From positions 2,368,001 to 2,432,000 of the forward strand of contig OZ219926.1 in assembly GCA_964291405.2 (NCBI GenBank): a stretch of DNA of 64,000 nucleotides, given 5' to 3'. Shown piece after piece: positions 47,999-57,429 of this stretch. The position numbers and the translations under genes are program-made. The notes below the pieces were generated by a model, which did no database searches, was not told the DNA's origin, and worked only from the letters and a program-made list of their open reading frames with translations. Origin of the DNA: Thermodesulfobacteriota bacterium. Its GTDB lineage: Bacteria; Desulfobacterota; Binatia; Bin18. The first letter of the stretch is position 1. Each line of letters begins with the position of its first letter.

Positions 47999-49120
47999 AT
48001 GGCGCAATACGTAGGCATTTTAACCAGCGGTGGAGATTGTCCTGGACTCAACGCGGCAATTCGCGCGGTCGGCAAGGCATGTTTGGAGGCCTATGATATC
48101 CGGATCATCGGCTTTCAAAACGGCTTCCGCGGACTGGTACAGAATCAAACCCTGGAGTTAGACAGAAGGGCACTCTCGGGTATTCTGACTGACGGCGGCA
48201 CCATTCTCGGCACTAGTCGGGATAAGCCGCATCGGATGTCCATTGGGGGCAGAGTCCACGACATGACGGATGCCATCGTTGATACCTACCGGCGGCATCA
48301 TTTGGACGCGCTGGTCTGTCTGGGCGGGGGCGGCACCCAGAAAAACGCCCTCCGTCTCAAAAAAGCCGGGCTGAATATCATTACTCTGCCAAAAACGATT
48401 GACAACGATATTGCCAAGACCGATGTCACGTTCGGATTTAATACCGCGGTGGGCACCGCGACCGAAGCCATAGACCGACTGCATTCAACCGCGACCAGCC
48501 ACGATCGGATTATCGTGGTCGAAGTGATGGGCCACAGAGCGGGTTGGTTGGCTCTTCAAGCCGGGACGGCCGGCGGGGCGGATGTCATTCTTATCCCGGA
48601 AATTCCCTATCACCTTGAGCGGGTTGCTCAGACGATCCGGGAACGGACCAGACAGGGCAAGCACTTTAGCATTGTCGTGGTCGCGGAAGGCGCGCTGTCT
48701 ATCAGTGATGCCGAAAAGGTCGAGGAGCTTGTGCACCAAAAAAGGGAGGCCAAAGACAGAGAAGAAAAGGAAAAGGCCTCGGTCAAACTGGACAAATTCC
48801 ACAGGGAACATGTCGGCCATACGATTCATCTTACCCAGGAGTTGGAGCGCCTGACGGGCCAGGAGTCGCGCCTGACCATTCTTGGTCATCTGCAACGTGG
48901 TGGGACACCCTCAGCCACGGACCGTGTTCTTGCCACCTGGCTGGGCACGCGCTGCGCGCAATTACTACGCGAAGGGCGCGACGGCTTTATGCTGGCCGTG
49001 CAGGACCAGGAGCTCCGGCCCGTGCCTTTGGAAGAGGTCGCGGGGAAAAAGAAACTGGTCTCCCCGGACCATCCCCTCGTTGAAGCGGCGCGTCTGGTCG
49101 GGACCAGTTTTGGCGACTAA
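47999..49120 (+). CDS. pfkA: 6-phosphofructokinase, ATP-type GGGG motif
   Basis: [47 protein letters not shown]. Confidence 0.93.
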   Translation: MAQYVGILTSGGDCPGLNAAIRAVGKACLEAYDIRIIGFQNGFRGLVQNQTLELDRRALSGILTDGGTILGTSRDKPHRMSIGGRVHDMTDAIVDTYRRHHLDALVCLGGGGTQKNALRLKKAGLNIITLPKTIDNDIAKTDVTFGFNTAVGTATEAIDRLHSTATSHDRIIVVEVMGHRAGWLALQAGTAGGADVILIPEIPYHLERVAQTIRERTRQGKHFSIVVVAEGALSISDAEKVEELVHQKREAKDREEKEKASVKLDKFHREHVGHTIHLTQELERLTGQESRLTILGHLQRGGTPSATDRVLATWLGTRCAQLLREGRDGFMLAVQDQELRPVPLEEVAGKKKLVSPDHPLVEAARLVGTSFGD

Positions 49121-49155
49121 TATGCTTCGGCCTGCCCACAACAGAGGGAGACACT

Positions 49156-50082
49156 ATGAAAACGGAAGAGATCCTCGCCCATAGTCCAAAGAGCCTCACC
49201 CAGGAGCAGCGTGAGTTTTATTTCGATCAGGGATATCTGCTGCTGGAGAAATTCATCTCTGATGAATGGCTGGATACACTCTGGGCCACGACTAACGAGT
49301 TCATTGAGCAGAGCCGGGTGGAAACCCCGTCCAAAAAAATCTTTGACGCTGAACCGAGTCATACCCCGAGCACTCCCCGCTTGCGGCGTCTCATTAGCCC
49401 GGTCGATACGCATCCGGTCTATCGCGAGTTTACGTTCGAGGGACCGCTGGCCGACCTCGCCCAAGACCTGCTTGGCCCGAACGTGAAATACCACCACTCA
49501 AAACTCAACTTCAAATGGTCGGATGGGGGCGAAGAGGTGAAGTGGCATCAGGACATTCAGTACTGGCCTCACACCAATTACTCACCTCTCACCATTGGCG
49601 TCTACCTGAGTGATGTGGACGAGGAGATGGGTCCGATGGGGGTGATTCCTGAAAGCCATAAGGGACCGCTGTTTGATCTGTACAACGAGAACAATGAGTG
49701 GACCGGCGCTCTCAACGATCAGGATGTGGCCCGTGTCGGCCCACACAATGCCGTGTGGCTGAAAGGCCCGAGAGGCTCTGTGACCGTCCATAACTGCCGC
49801 ATGATCCACGGGTCGATGCCCAACCACTCGCCGCGTATGCGCCCACTCCTCCTCCAGACGTACGCGGCGGCCGATGCCATTACGCTCACGAACCTGACAG
49901 ACCAGTTCCCGCACTCGAATCGCATTATCCGTGGCGAGGCCGCGAAGTGGGTCGACTTCGATCCGCGCCCGTGCCTCATGCCACCCGACTGGTCCGCAGG
50001 CTACCGCTCCATCTTTGCCGTGCAGCAGATGGAAGAGAATGCCGGCAGCCGGACGGTCGCTGGGAACGCGCGAATGATGTAA
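49156..50082 (+). CDS. PhyH-family Fe(II)/2-oxoglutarate dioxygenase
   Basis: WHQD, IPESHKG, IHGSMPN..R. Confidence 0.88.
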   Translation: MKTEEILAHSPKSLTQEQREFYFDQGYLLLEKFISDEWLDTLWATTNEFIEQSRVETPSKKIFDAEPSHTPSTPRLRRLISPVDTHPVYREFTFEGPLADLAQDLLGPNVKYHHSKLNFKWSDGGEEVKWHQDIQYWPHTNYSPLTIGVYLSDVDEEMGPMGVIPESHKGPLFDLYNENNEWTGALNDQDVARVGPHNAVWLKGPRGSVTVHNCRMIHGSMPNHSPRMRPLLLQTYAAADAITLTNLTDQFPHSNRIIRGEAAKWVDFDPRPCLMPPDWSAGYRSIFAVQQMEENAGSRTVAGNARMM

Positions 50083-50255
50083 GCAACGAGTCGAACAGTC
50101 TCTGAGCCGACCGTGGCCCCCTTCAGGAAAGACACCCAAACGACAGGCATGAGAGAGAAGTCAGGCAGCGGGTGAGACCTGTCGCCTATGAGCATCCTGG
50201 TCAGGCGTGAATTCCTGAACACACCTGGACGGCTCTTCCCTCAGAAGGAGAAGGT

Positions 50256-51134
50256 ATGAAATTCGGTATTGTCCCGATTAATCTGCGTGAATTCACCAAC
50301 CCGGCAATGGTGATTCCGTTTGTCCAAAGGGCGGAAGCGCTCGGCTATGAGTCCGTTTGGACCGCAGAGCATGTGATTATTCCCAAGCACTATGACTCGG
50401 TATATCCCTATAATCCGGACGGGAAACTGCCGTTCAAACCTGACGCGCCGATTATCGATCCTTTGGTTGCCCTGACCTTCATCGCCTCGGCCACCACGAC
50501 GCTCCGGCTGGGCACCGGTGTCAACATCCTGCCCCAGATGAGTCCGCTCTATCTGGCCAAATGGGCCTCGTCGATTGATCATCTGTCCCAGGGACGGTTG
50601 ATGCTCGGCCTGGGCGTAGGCTGGTTGTGTGAGGAGTTTGCCGCTATTGGCGTGCCATTTGAACGGCGGGGCAAACGGGCCAACGAATATCTCGAAGCCC
50701 TCAAAGCCGTCTGGACTGGTGAGGAGGTTGATTTCCGAGGCGAGTTTGTCAACTGGCAGGGTTTTACTATGCGCCCCAAACCCGCTCAGGCGGGTGGAGT
50801 GCCGCTAGTCATTGGGGGAGTGACGGTACCTGCCATCCGACGTACGGTCAAATATGGCGACGGCTGGTATGTGATTGGTAAAGACCTGGACGACTACCGG
50901 GCCCATATGCAGGCGCTGGCAGAAGAATGTGACCGGCAGGGCCGTGACAGACAGGAACTCGAAATCACCGCCTACTGGAATTACTACGGGGAGGGGCTGG
51001 ACAGTCTCGCGGTATACGAAGACCTCGGCGTGCACCGCCTCTTGGTCAATATGCACGCGCTGCGGGCCGGCGATGTCACCACCGCCATGGAGCGTTTTGC
51101 CGACGAGGTCGTGGCCAAACACGGCCAGTCTTAG
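50256..51134 (+). CDS. LLM-class oxidoreductase, probably F420-dependent
   Basis: VWTAEHV, DPLVAL, RLGTGV, GVGWLCEEF. Confidence 0.85.
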   Translation: MKFGIVPINLREFTNPAMVIPFVQRAEALGYESVWTAEHVIIPKHYDSVYPYNPDGKLPFKPDAPIIDPLVALTFIASATTTLRLGTGVNILPQMSPLYLAKWASSIDHLSQGRLMLGLGVGWLCEEFAAIGVPFERRGKRANEYLEALKAVWTGEEVDFRGEFVNWQGFTMRPKPAQAGGVPLVIGGVTVPAIRRTVKYGDGWYVIGKDLDDYRAHMQALAEECDRQGRDRQELEITAYWNYYGEGLDSLAVYEDLGVHRLLVNMHALRAGDVTTAMERFADEVVAKHGQS

Positions 51135-51173
51135 GCGAACCTGCGGCGCGGGAAGACGGGAAGGATACGGAAG

Positions 51174-52124
51174 ATGAGCCACGTCACGTTCGGGACAACC
51201 TTGGGAGGGTTCGGGGGGGGTCTGGTTTCCGGGCCGACGCTGTGCCAGTGGGCCGAGGAAATCGAACAGCTTGGCTATGACATCCTCTTCTACCGCGACC
51301 ATGTGCTGTGGCACAGCCCGGTGCTTGACCCGTTCACCATGCTGGGCGCGTTTGCGGCGCGGACAACGAAGATCAAACTTGGCACTGGGGTGCTGCTCCT
51401 CCCGCTCCGCAATCCGACCCTAGTCGCCAAAATGATAGGCACCCTGGACTGGCTGTCCGACGGGCGGTCCATTCTCGGCGTGGGTGTCGGGGGCGAGTTT
51501 CAAAAAGAATATGAGGCCTGCGGTATTTCGCTAAGGGAGCGCGGCCGACGTGCCACTGAAGGGCTACGCGTGATTAAGAAACTCTGGACCAATCCGTCAG
51601 CGACGTGTGACGGCCAGTTTCTGCAATTTGAGAGCGCCCGGATGACGCCGCGGCCGCTTCAGCAGCCACATCCCCCGATCTGGGTCGGAGGCCGGGTTGA
51701 CGCGGCGCTGAAACGGGCCGGGACGTATGGGGACGGCTGGTTTGCATATTTTGTGACACCGGAGCGTTTTCGTACCAGTCTGGACAAGGCGCTGGAGCAC
51801 TGGCACCAACGCGAGGCTTCCTCACGGACCACGTTTACCGGGGGCGTGGTCCTGTATTTCTGCATCGCGCCCACGTACGAAGCAGCGCGAGCGAATGCCA
51901 TGCGCACGCTGTCAACGGAATATAATCAGTCGTTTGACAGGATTATCGATAAATATAGCGCGCTCGGTCCGGCCTCGGAGTGCGCGGCCGCGATTCAACG
52001 CTATATTGACGCCGGGGCACAGAATATGACGCTGCTGCCGGCGGTTCCCGCCGCCGCGACCATGGACCAACTCCGACACCTAGCGACAGACGTATTGCCG
52101 CACCTCAGGCAAAGCGGAGCGTAG
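51174..52124 (+). CDS. LLM-class flavin-dependent oxidoreductase
   Basis: RDH, LDPFT, KLGTGVLLLPLRNP, HPPIWVGG. Confidence 0.85.
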   Translation: MSHVTFGTTLGGFGGGLVSGPTLCQWAEEIEQLGYDILFYRDHVLWHSPVLDPFTMLGAFAARTTKIKLGTGVLLLPLRNPTLVAKMIGTLDWLSDGRSILGVGVGGEFQKEYEACGISLRERGRRATEGLRVIKKLWTNPSATCDGQFLQFESARMTPRPLQQPHPPIWVGGRVDAALKRAGTYGDGWFAYFVTPERFRTSLDKALEHWHQREASSRTTFTGGVVLYFCIAPTYEAARANAMRTLSTEYNQSFDRIIDKYSALGPASECAAAIQRYIDAGAQNMTLLPAVPAAATMDQLRHLATDVLPHLRQSGA

Positions 52125-52136
52125 GAGAGGCGAGCC

Positions 52137-53102
52137 TTAACGCAGCTTCCCCTCAACAAAGGGGACTTCGTAGGCTTTTTCGTGGTTGATGGGACCGTGT
52201 CCGAAATAGCCCTCTTCGCCAAATAACTCGCCGTGGTCTGCGGTAATCGTAATATAGGTATTGGGGGGGACGATATCGAAAAGGCGCTCAAACACGCCGT
52301 CAAGATAGCGCACGGCGTTGACCTGCCGCTGTCGGAGGAGATCGAGTTTGTCCTGGTCGAAGAACTGCTCTCCCACTTCATCCTCAATAAGCTTCCCGCC
52401 GACGACGGCGTCATCCAGATGCTTGAACACGCCGTGCACACCGTGAATCTTCGGCCACTCCTCGCTCGGCTCGTCGGGCAAGGCGTACGGGTAGTGCGTC
52501 TCTCCAACATTCAGCAGGTAAAACGACGGGCGGTCGGAGGAGAAGGATAAGCGCTCAAGCATGGCGGCCATGTCATTATGGGTCGGCATCAGGGTAAAGG
52601 AGTCGAAGTCCTTGTTGAGTAGCGTGGCCGGATTCAGCACGGGCAGAGAGACCATCGCGTGTGTGTGGTAGCCCAGCTTCCATTTCAAGAAGGTGGGTAA
52701 AAAGAGCTGCGGCACCAGACTCTTGAACTCAACCTGTTCAGCGCCAAGGCGGTCCCGGTATTTGAAAAAATCCCGTTTGTAATACTCCGAAGCATAGACC
52801 TGCCGCGGACTGGAATGGGGCAGCAGCCCCATCAGCAGGTTGTAATGGGACGGGGCGGTCCACGACGCATAGCTCCACCGCCGCTCGACCTCGCCCAGGG
52901 CGCTAGCCGTCTTCGACCGGGCTGCCATAAAGGCATCATACCGGCAGCTATCGAGGATCACGATGAGGTAATTATTCGTACCCTGGGGGGGCGGAAGCTG
53001 CTGCGCCTCAACGCCGGGGGATGACGTGACCAGCGGAGTCCCAGTCGGCGGAGACTCCGCCTCAGGCGTGCCCCGCTTGAAGATTCGATTCAGAATACCC
53101 AC
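52137..53102 (-). CDS. Alkaline phosphatase/sulfatase-superfamily metalloenzyme
   Basis: ILDSCRYD, SWTAPSH (Thr at the nucleophile position), ETHYPY, TADHGE, GHG. Confidence 0.75.
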   Translation of the reverse strand: MGILNRIFKRGTPEAESPPTGTPLVTSSPGVEAQQLPPPQGTNNYLIVILDSCRYDAFMAARSKTASALGEVERRWSYASWTAPSHYNLLMGLLPHSSPRQVYASEYYKRDFFKYRDRLGAEQVEFKSLVPQLFLPTFLKWKLGYHTHAMVSLPVLNPATLLNKDFDSFTLMPTHNDMAAMLERLSFSSDRPSFYLLNVGETHYPYALPDEPSEEWPKIHGVHGVFKHLDDAVVGGKLIEDEVGEQFFDQDKLDLLRQRQVNAVRYLDGVFERLFDIVPPNTYITITADHGELFGEEGYFGHGPINHEKAYEVPFVEGKLR

Positions 53103-53111
53103 GCCTACGCC

Positions 53112-53801
53112 TTAACTGACGAGCCTAACTTTTCCAGCCTGAACTAGGGGGAGCACGCGGTCAGGATCATGTCCCCCCGCGCGTAATAGGCGGATCACTG
53201 CCGCCTCTGGTAACGGCCGACCTCCACCGAGGAGGTGTGCCCGGAAGAGAATCTGGGCGGCGTGTTCAAGCATCTCCAGCTTTGAGTAGGCCTCTTGGAG
53301 GGTCTCGCCAACGGTGACAGAGCCGTGCCGGGCTAACATCAGTGCGTCGAACTGGCGGATAAAAGGATAGATGGCCTCACCAGCCTCACGCGTCCCCGGC
53401 GTGATATAGGGGACGGTTGGAATTGCGCCCAGAGCCGTTACGACTTCGGGTAAGGTCCCGTCAGCAAGCGAGACGTCGGCTAAGGTACACGCAATCGCGG
53501 TTGTCGGGTGGGCGTGAATGACCGCCGCAATATCCTCCCGTTCTCGGTATGCGGCAAGGTGGAGGGCGATTTCCGATGACGGTGCGTACTCGTCACTCAG
53601 CGCCTTCCCGTCTAAATCGGTTTCAATCAATTGCTCTGCTCGGAGGAAACCTTTGTGGACTCCCCGAGTCGTGATCAGGATACGGTCCGGTCCAAGACGT
53701 GCACTGGCATTCCCTTCGGAAGACGCAATGAAGCCCTTTTGGTACATGGCGTGGCAGATATTCACCAGATCAGTTCGTAAAGTATGCCCGCTGGTATCCA
53801 T
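53112..53801 (-). CDS. Class II aldolase/adducin family protein
   Basis: EGNASAR, PSSEIALH, IHAHP, RHG. Confidence 0.9.
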   Translation of the reverse strand: MDTSGHTLRTDLVNICHAMYQKGFIASSEGNASARLGPDRILITTRGVHKGFLRAEQLIETDLDGKALSDEYAPSSEIALHLAAYREREDIAAVIHAHPTTAIACTLADVSLADGTLPEVVTALGAIPTVPYITPGTREAGEAIYPFIRQFDALMLARHGSVTVGETLQEAYSKLEMLEHAAQILFRAHLLGGGRPLPEAAVIRLLRAGGHDPDRVLPLVQAGKVRLVS

Positions 53802-53842
53802 AACCGTTCTCGATCAGAAAGATCTTTTTCCGGACTTGGCCT

Positions 53843-53892
53843 AAAGAGTAAGCGTGTCCTCCCAGGCAAAAAAGCTGGACACGTTTACTCTT
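53843..53892. repeat. Palindromic element family A, copy 9
   Basis: AAAGAGTAAGCGTGTCC...GGACACGTTTACTCTT. Confidence 0.85.
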
Positions 53893-53998
53893 CACCGCAG
53901 ACCCCGGCAGGCCGCTCCCATAAGCAGGTGCCCTAGGTGCCTCATGCTTTGGGGCCACCGGGTTGCCCGACCAACGCCCGGTGCGTGGCTCTTCGCTC

Positions 53999-54054
53999 AA
54001 AGAGTAAACGTGTCCAGCATCTACATGTCTTATTGGAGAACACGTTCACTCTTT
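53999..54054. repeat. Palindromic element family A, copy 10 (inverted relative to copy 9)
   Basis: AAAGAGTAAACGTGTCC...GAACACGTTCACTCTTT. Confidence 0.85.
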
Positions 54055-54185
54055 CAAGACTGTCCTAGACCCGCTCCGTCTTTTTTACAAGAGAGGAAGC
54101 AAAAAATCTGCGTGAGGAATGCAATACGTGGAGAATGCTGATAGGCTATGCGCGCAAAATATAAGGAAGATGAGGAGGTATATAC

Positions 54186-55364
54186 GTGACGGCAGGCGTC
54201 GATATCTTTCACCCTTCTGCGGAGCATCGTCTTTTGCGGCAGACTGTTCGGGAGTTTGTCAAAGAGCGGGTTGAGCCGCAGGCGCTGGAGCACGATCGTC
54301 AGGAACGCTTCAATATCCCCCTCTTTCGCGAACTCGGGGAGCTCGGACTGCTGGGCATTACGGTGCCGGAAGCGTATGGCGGTGCGGGCATGGACGCGGT
54401 GGCTGCCGTGATCGCGCACGAGGAACTTTCCGCCTCAGACCCAGGCTTCTGCCTGGCCTACCTGGCCCACGCCATGCTCCTGGTCAATAATTTCTGTCGT
54501 AACGCCAATGACGAACAGCGCCAGAAGTATTTGCCGCCCCTCATCTCCGGCGAATGGGTCGGCGGGATGTGTATGACTGAGCCCTCAGCCGGCACGGACG
54601 TGCTCGGTATGAAAACGCAGGCAGTCCGCCAAGGGGATAGCTATGCCATTACCGGCCGCAAGATGTTCATTACCAACGGTGCGCTGGATGATACCACGCT
54701 GGGCAACCTCTTTCTCGTCTACGCGAAAACAGAGCAGGGTCTGAGCTCGTTTATTGTGGAGAAGGACTTTCCCGGATTTTCGCTCGGTCAACGGCTCCAC
54801 GGGAAAACCGGTATGCGCGCCTCCATGACTGCCGAACTCGTCTTTGATGACTGTCAGGTTCCGGTTGCCAATCGTCTAGGCGAAGAAGGCGACAGCGTGC
54901 TCCACATGATGCGCAACCTGGAAATCGAGCGGGTCACTATTGGAGCCATGTCTACGGGTATCGCCGGCCGCTGCGTCGAAGATATGACCCGCTACGCGAG
55001 TGAGCGGACCGCCTATGGTCAGCCGATTAACAGCTTTGGTCAGATCCAGCGCTATATCGCGGATTCCTACGCCCAATACATGGCGGCGCGAACCTATCTG
55101 TATCACACCGCGCGGAATATGGACCTTGACCAACCTGGCCATCGCATCGACTCGGACGGCGTCAAGCTGGTTGCCACGACCATGGCAAAAGACGTCGCGG
55201 ACAACGCCATGCAGGTGTTGGGTGGCTATGGCTATTTTAACGAGTACGTGGTTGAGCGCTTATGGCGGGACGCAAAGCTGCTTGAGATTGGTGGCGGCAC
55301 CCTGGAAGCGCATCAGAAGAATATCACCAAGGATTTGACGCGGCATATGGACTGCATTCGATAA
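54186..55364 (+). CDS. Acyl-CoA dehydrogenase (isovaleryl-CoA dehydrogenase-like)
   Basis: MTEPSAGTD, KMFITNG, GMRAS, LEIER, RDAKLLEIGGGT. Confidence 0.9.
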   Translation: MTAGVDIFHPSAEHRLLRQTVREFVKERVEPQALEHDRQERFNIPLFRELGELGLLGITVPEAYGGAGMDAVAAVIAHEELSASDPGFCLAYLAHAMLLVNNFCRNANDEQRQKYLPPLISGEWVGGMCMTEPSAGTDVLGMKTQAVRQGDSYAITGRKMFITNGALDDTTLGNLFLVYAKTEQGLSSFIVEKDFPGFSLGQRLHGKTGMRASMTAELVFDDCQVPVANRLGEEGDSVLHMMRNLEIERVTIGAMSTGIAGRCVEDMTRYASERTAYGQPINSFGQIQRYIADSYAQYMAARTYLYHTARNMDLDQPGHRIDSDGVKLVATTMAKDVADNAMQVLGGYGYFNEYVVERLWRDAKLLEIGGGTLEAHQKNITKDLTRHMDCIR

Positions 55365-55381
55365 GGAGGGCAAGGAGAGCC

Positions 55382-55573
55382 ATGCGTAACCTGTGGGATC
55401 GGATCATGATTGCCCTCATGGTGGGGGTGATCGGCTTTTGCCTGATAGAGATATGGAACGGAACCACGGAGCTGCTCCGTTGTGGGGTCGGCATAGGCGG
55501 AGCCGTACTGGTGATTCTCCTCAAGCTGAACGCCCTGCAGAAGGCGAGGCAGCAAACACCCTCAAACCCTTGA
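55382..55573 (+). CDS. Small two-TM membrane protein
   Basis: GGAG SD, two hydrophobic segments, fills the gap between same-strand genes. Confidence 0.55.
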   Translation: MRNLWDRIMIALMVGVIGFCLIEIWNGTTELLRCGVGIGGAVLVILLKLNALQKARQQTPSNP

Positions 55574-55594
55574 GCGCTCCGCTCGCTCTTCTCC

Positions 55595-56143
55595 ATGCGA
55601 CACAGACTCTCCAACCTTGGCAGACCTTCCAGTGTTTTTCCATCCAACGCGGAGAATGGCTTTACCCTTATCGAGCTGATTCTGGTCCTCGTCATTATCA
55701 GCATCGCCTTTGCCATTGTCGCCCCTGCGGTCGGGAATCGGTTTGGCGGCAGTGACCCGAAGCGGACGGCGGCACAGTTACGAACCACGCTGGAACTCTT
55801 ACGACTGCGGGCGCTCACGGATGGTATAGAACAGCGTCTCGTCATTGACCCCGAAGACAATCAGTATTGGCAGGAGTCCGGGCGCCAGGTTGCGGCTCAG
55901 GATGACAGCGAGGAGGAGTCCGACCACGAAGACGAGCAAATCACGTCCTCCGATGAAGACATCCAACTCTCAGCCACGAGTCTATGGGTGCGGGAGGAGG
56001 GAGAAGTCGAGTTCCGCTTTTATCCGGATGGCACAAATTCTGGCGGGGAGATCATCATAGAACAGCAACGGGGAGCGAATGAGATCGCGTATACTATCGC
56101 GCTCAATCCGCTGCTTGGGACAGCCACCGTCCGCAAAGAGTAA
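55595..56143 (+). CDS. gspH: Type II secretion minor pseudopilin H
   Basis: GFTLIELILVL; FYPDGTNSGG. Confidence 0.82.
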   Translation: MRHRLSNLGRPSSVFPSNAENGFTLIELILVLVIISIAFAIVAPAVGNRFGGSDPKRTAAQLRTTLELLRLRALTDGIEQRLVIDPEDNQYWQESGRQVAAQDDSEEESDHEDEQITSSDEDIQLSATSLWVREEGEVEFRFYPDGTNSGGEIIIEQQRGANEIAYTIALNPLLGTATVRKE

Positions 56144-56190
56144 ACGCGTCCTCCGATGTGATATAGAAATGCAGGACACGTTTACTCTTT
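56135..56190. repeat. Palindromic element family A, copy 11 (supplies the gspH stop codon)
   Basis: AAAGAGTAAACGCGTCC...GGACACGTTTACTCTTT. Confidence 0.88.
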
Positions 56191-56255
56191 CTATGCCGGA
56201 GAAGAATAGTCAGGAGACAAAGGAGGGCCGCCGTCCAGAACGGCGGCCCGTCAGT

Positions 56256-56738
56256 ATGAAAAAAGAAGACCGGAAGTGTCAGACACGCCATTGGAGCAAA
56301 GAGGGGTTTACCCTCCTGGAAATTATGATCGCGCTCTCCATCCTGGCGGTCGGCCTGGTGGCCGTGCTGGAACTCTTTGCCGGCAGTCTCCGCCTCACCG
56401 GAAAAGCCTCCCACCGCACCCAGGCGGTCATTCATGCTCAGAATGTGATGGACCGGTTCTTTGCCCCGGATTTCCTGGAAGATGGAGAGGACAGCGGAGA
56501 GCTACCGGACGGCTTTTTTTGGCGGGCACGGGTGCAGAAAATCTTTCCGGATGAAACCGAAGAAGAGGCTGCGGAAAGGGAAAACGATGAGCTGGGTGGC
56601 CAAGCGTCTCTGCTGCACATCAAGGAGATCATGGTCAGCATCGGCTGGGAGGAGGGGGAGAGCCACCGAAGTTTCGAGCTGCGTTCCATGCGCCTCATGT
56701 ACGAGGATACGGACAGCCTCGAGGAGGGGAGGCGTTAA
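56256..56738 (+). CDS. gspI: Type II secretion minor pseudopilin I
   Basis: GFTLLEIMIALSIL; start uncertain (56169, 56193 or 56256). Confidence 0.78.
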   Translation: MKKEDRKCQTRHWSKEGFTLLEIMIALSILAVGLVAVLELFAGSLRLTGKASHRTQAVIHAQNVMDRFFAPDFLEDGEDSGELPDGFFWRARVQKIFPDETEEEAAERENDELGGQASLLHIKEIMVSIGWEEGESHRSFELRSMRLMYEDTDSLEEGRR

Positions 56739-56740
56739 GC

Positions 56741-57424
56741 GTGCGCTCGGCCCGCGGCTTTACCCTGCTTGAACTCCTGATCAGCCTGACGCTCATAAGC
56801 CTGGTCAGCCTCGGCGTCTATGGCGCGCTCGGCTTTGGCGCAAACGCGCTCGAACGTGGCACATCCCGGAGTATTGAGAACCAGCGTGTCCGCGCGGCCC
56901 TGGCCCTGATTGTCCGCAAGCTGAAATCTGCCTACCCCCTCATGCTGCTGGTCGACGGCGAGCGCCTCGTCTATTTTTTTGGTGACGAAGAAGAACTCCG
57001 TTTCGTGGCCTCTGCCGACCGACCTGAAATCGGCGGGTTGGAGAAAGTCTCCTACTTCATCAAAGGAGATGAAGACGGCGAGCACGGGCTATGGATGCGG
57101 ATTTCCGCGCCGACCCTACCAGCCGATTTAGCCGAGGAACGGGAAGGGAGTTTATACTTGGAGGCCGAGGTTCTGTCCGATGTTGACGAACTGGTCTGGG
57201 AGTATTTCGGGCAACGACAAAACGAAGACGAAGAAGCCTGGCATGAGAGTTGGAACGGTGAGGAGGAACCGAAGTTGCCGCAGGCCGTCCGGCTGTCGTG
57301 GCGTGCCCAGGTGAGCAACCTGCCAAACGAATGGCAGATCGAAGTCCCGATTCAGGTCCAGGACCCGGTTTCGGAACTGCAGCGCACTCCCCAGAACCGC
57401 CGGCGGAGCCGAGGTCGGAGATAG
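56741..57424 (+). CDS. gspJ: Type II secretion minor pseudopilin J
   Basis: GFTLLELLISL; W..W...LPQAVRL. Confidence 0.82.
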   Translation: MRSARGFTLLELLISLTLISLVSLGVYGALGFGANALERGTSRSIENQRVRAALALIVRKLKSAYPLMLLVDGERLVYFFGDEEELRFVASADRPEIGGLEKVSYFIKGDEDGEHGLWMRISAPTLPADLAEEREGSLYLEAEVLSDVDELVWEYFGQRQNEDEEAWHESWNGEEEPKLPQAVRLSWRAQVSNLPNEWQIEVPIQVQDPVSELQRTPQNRRRSRGRR

Positions 57425-57429
57425 CTGCC

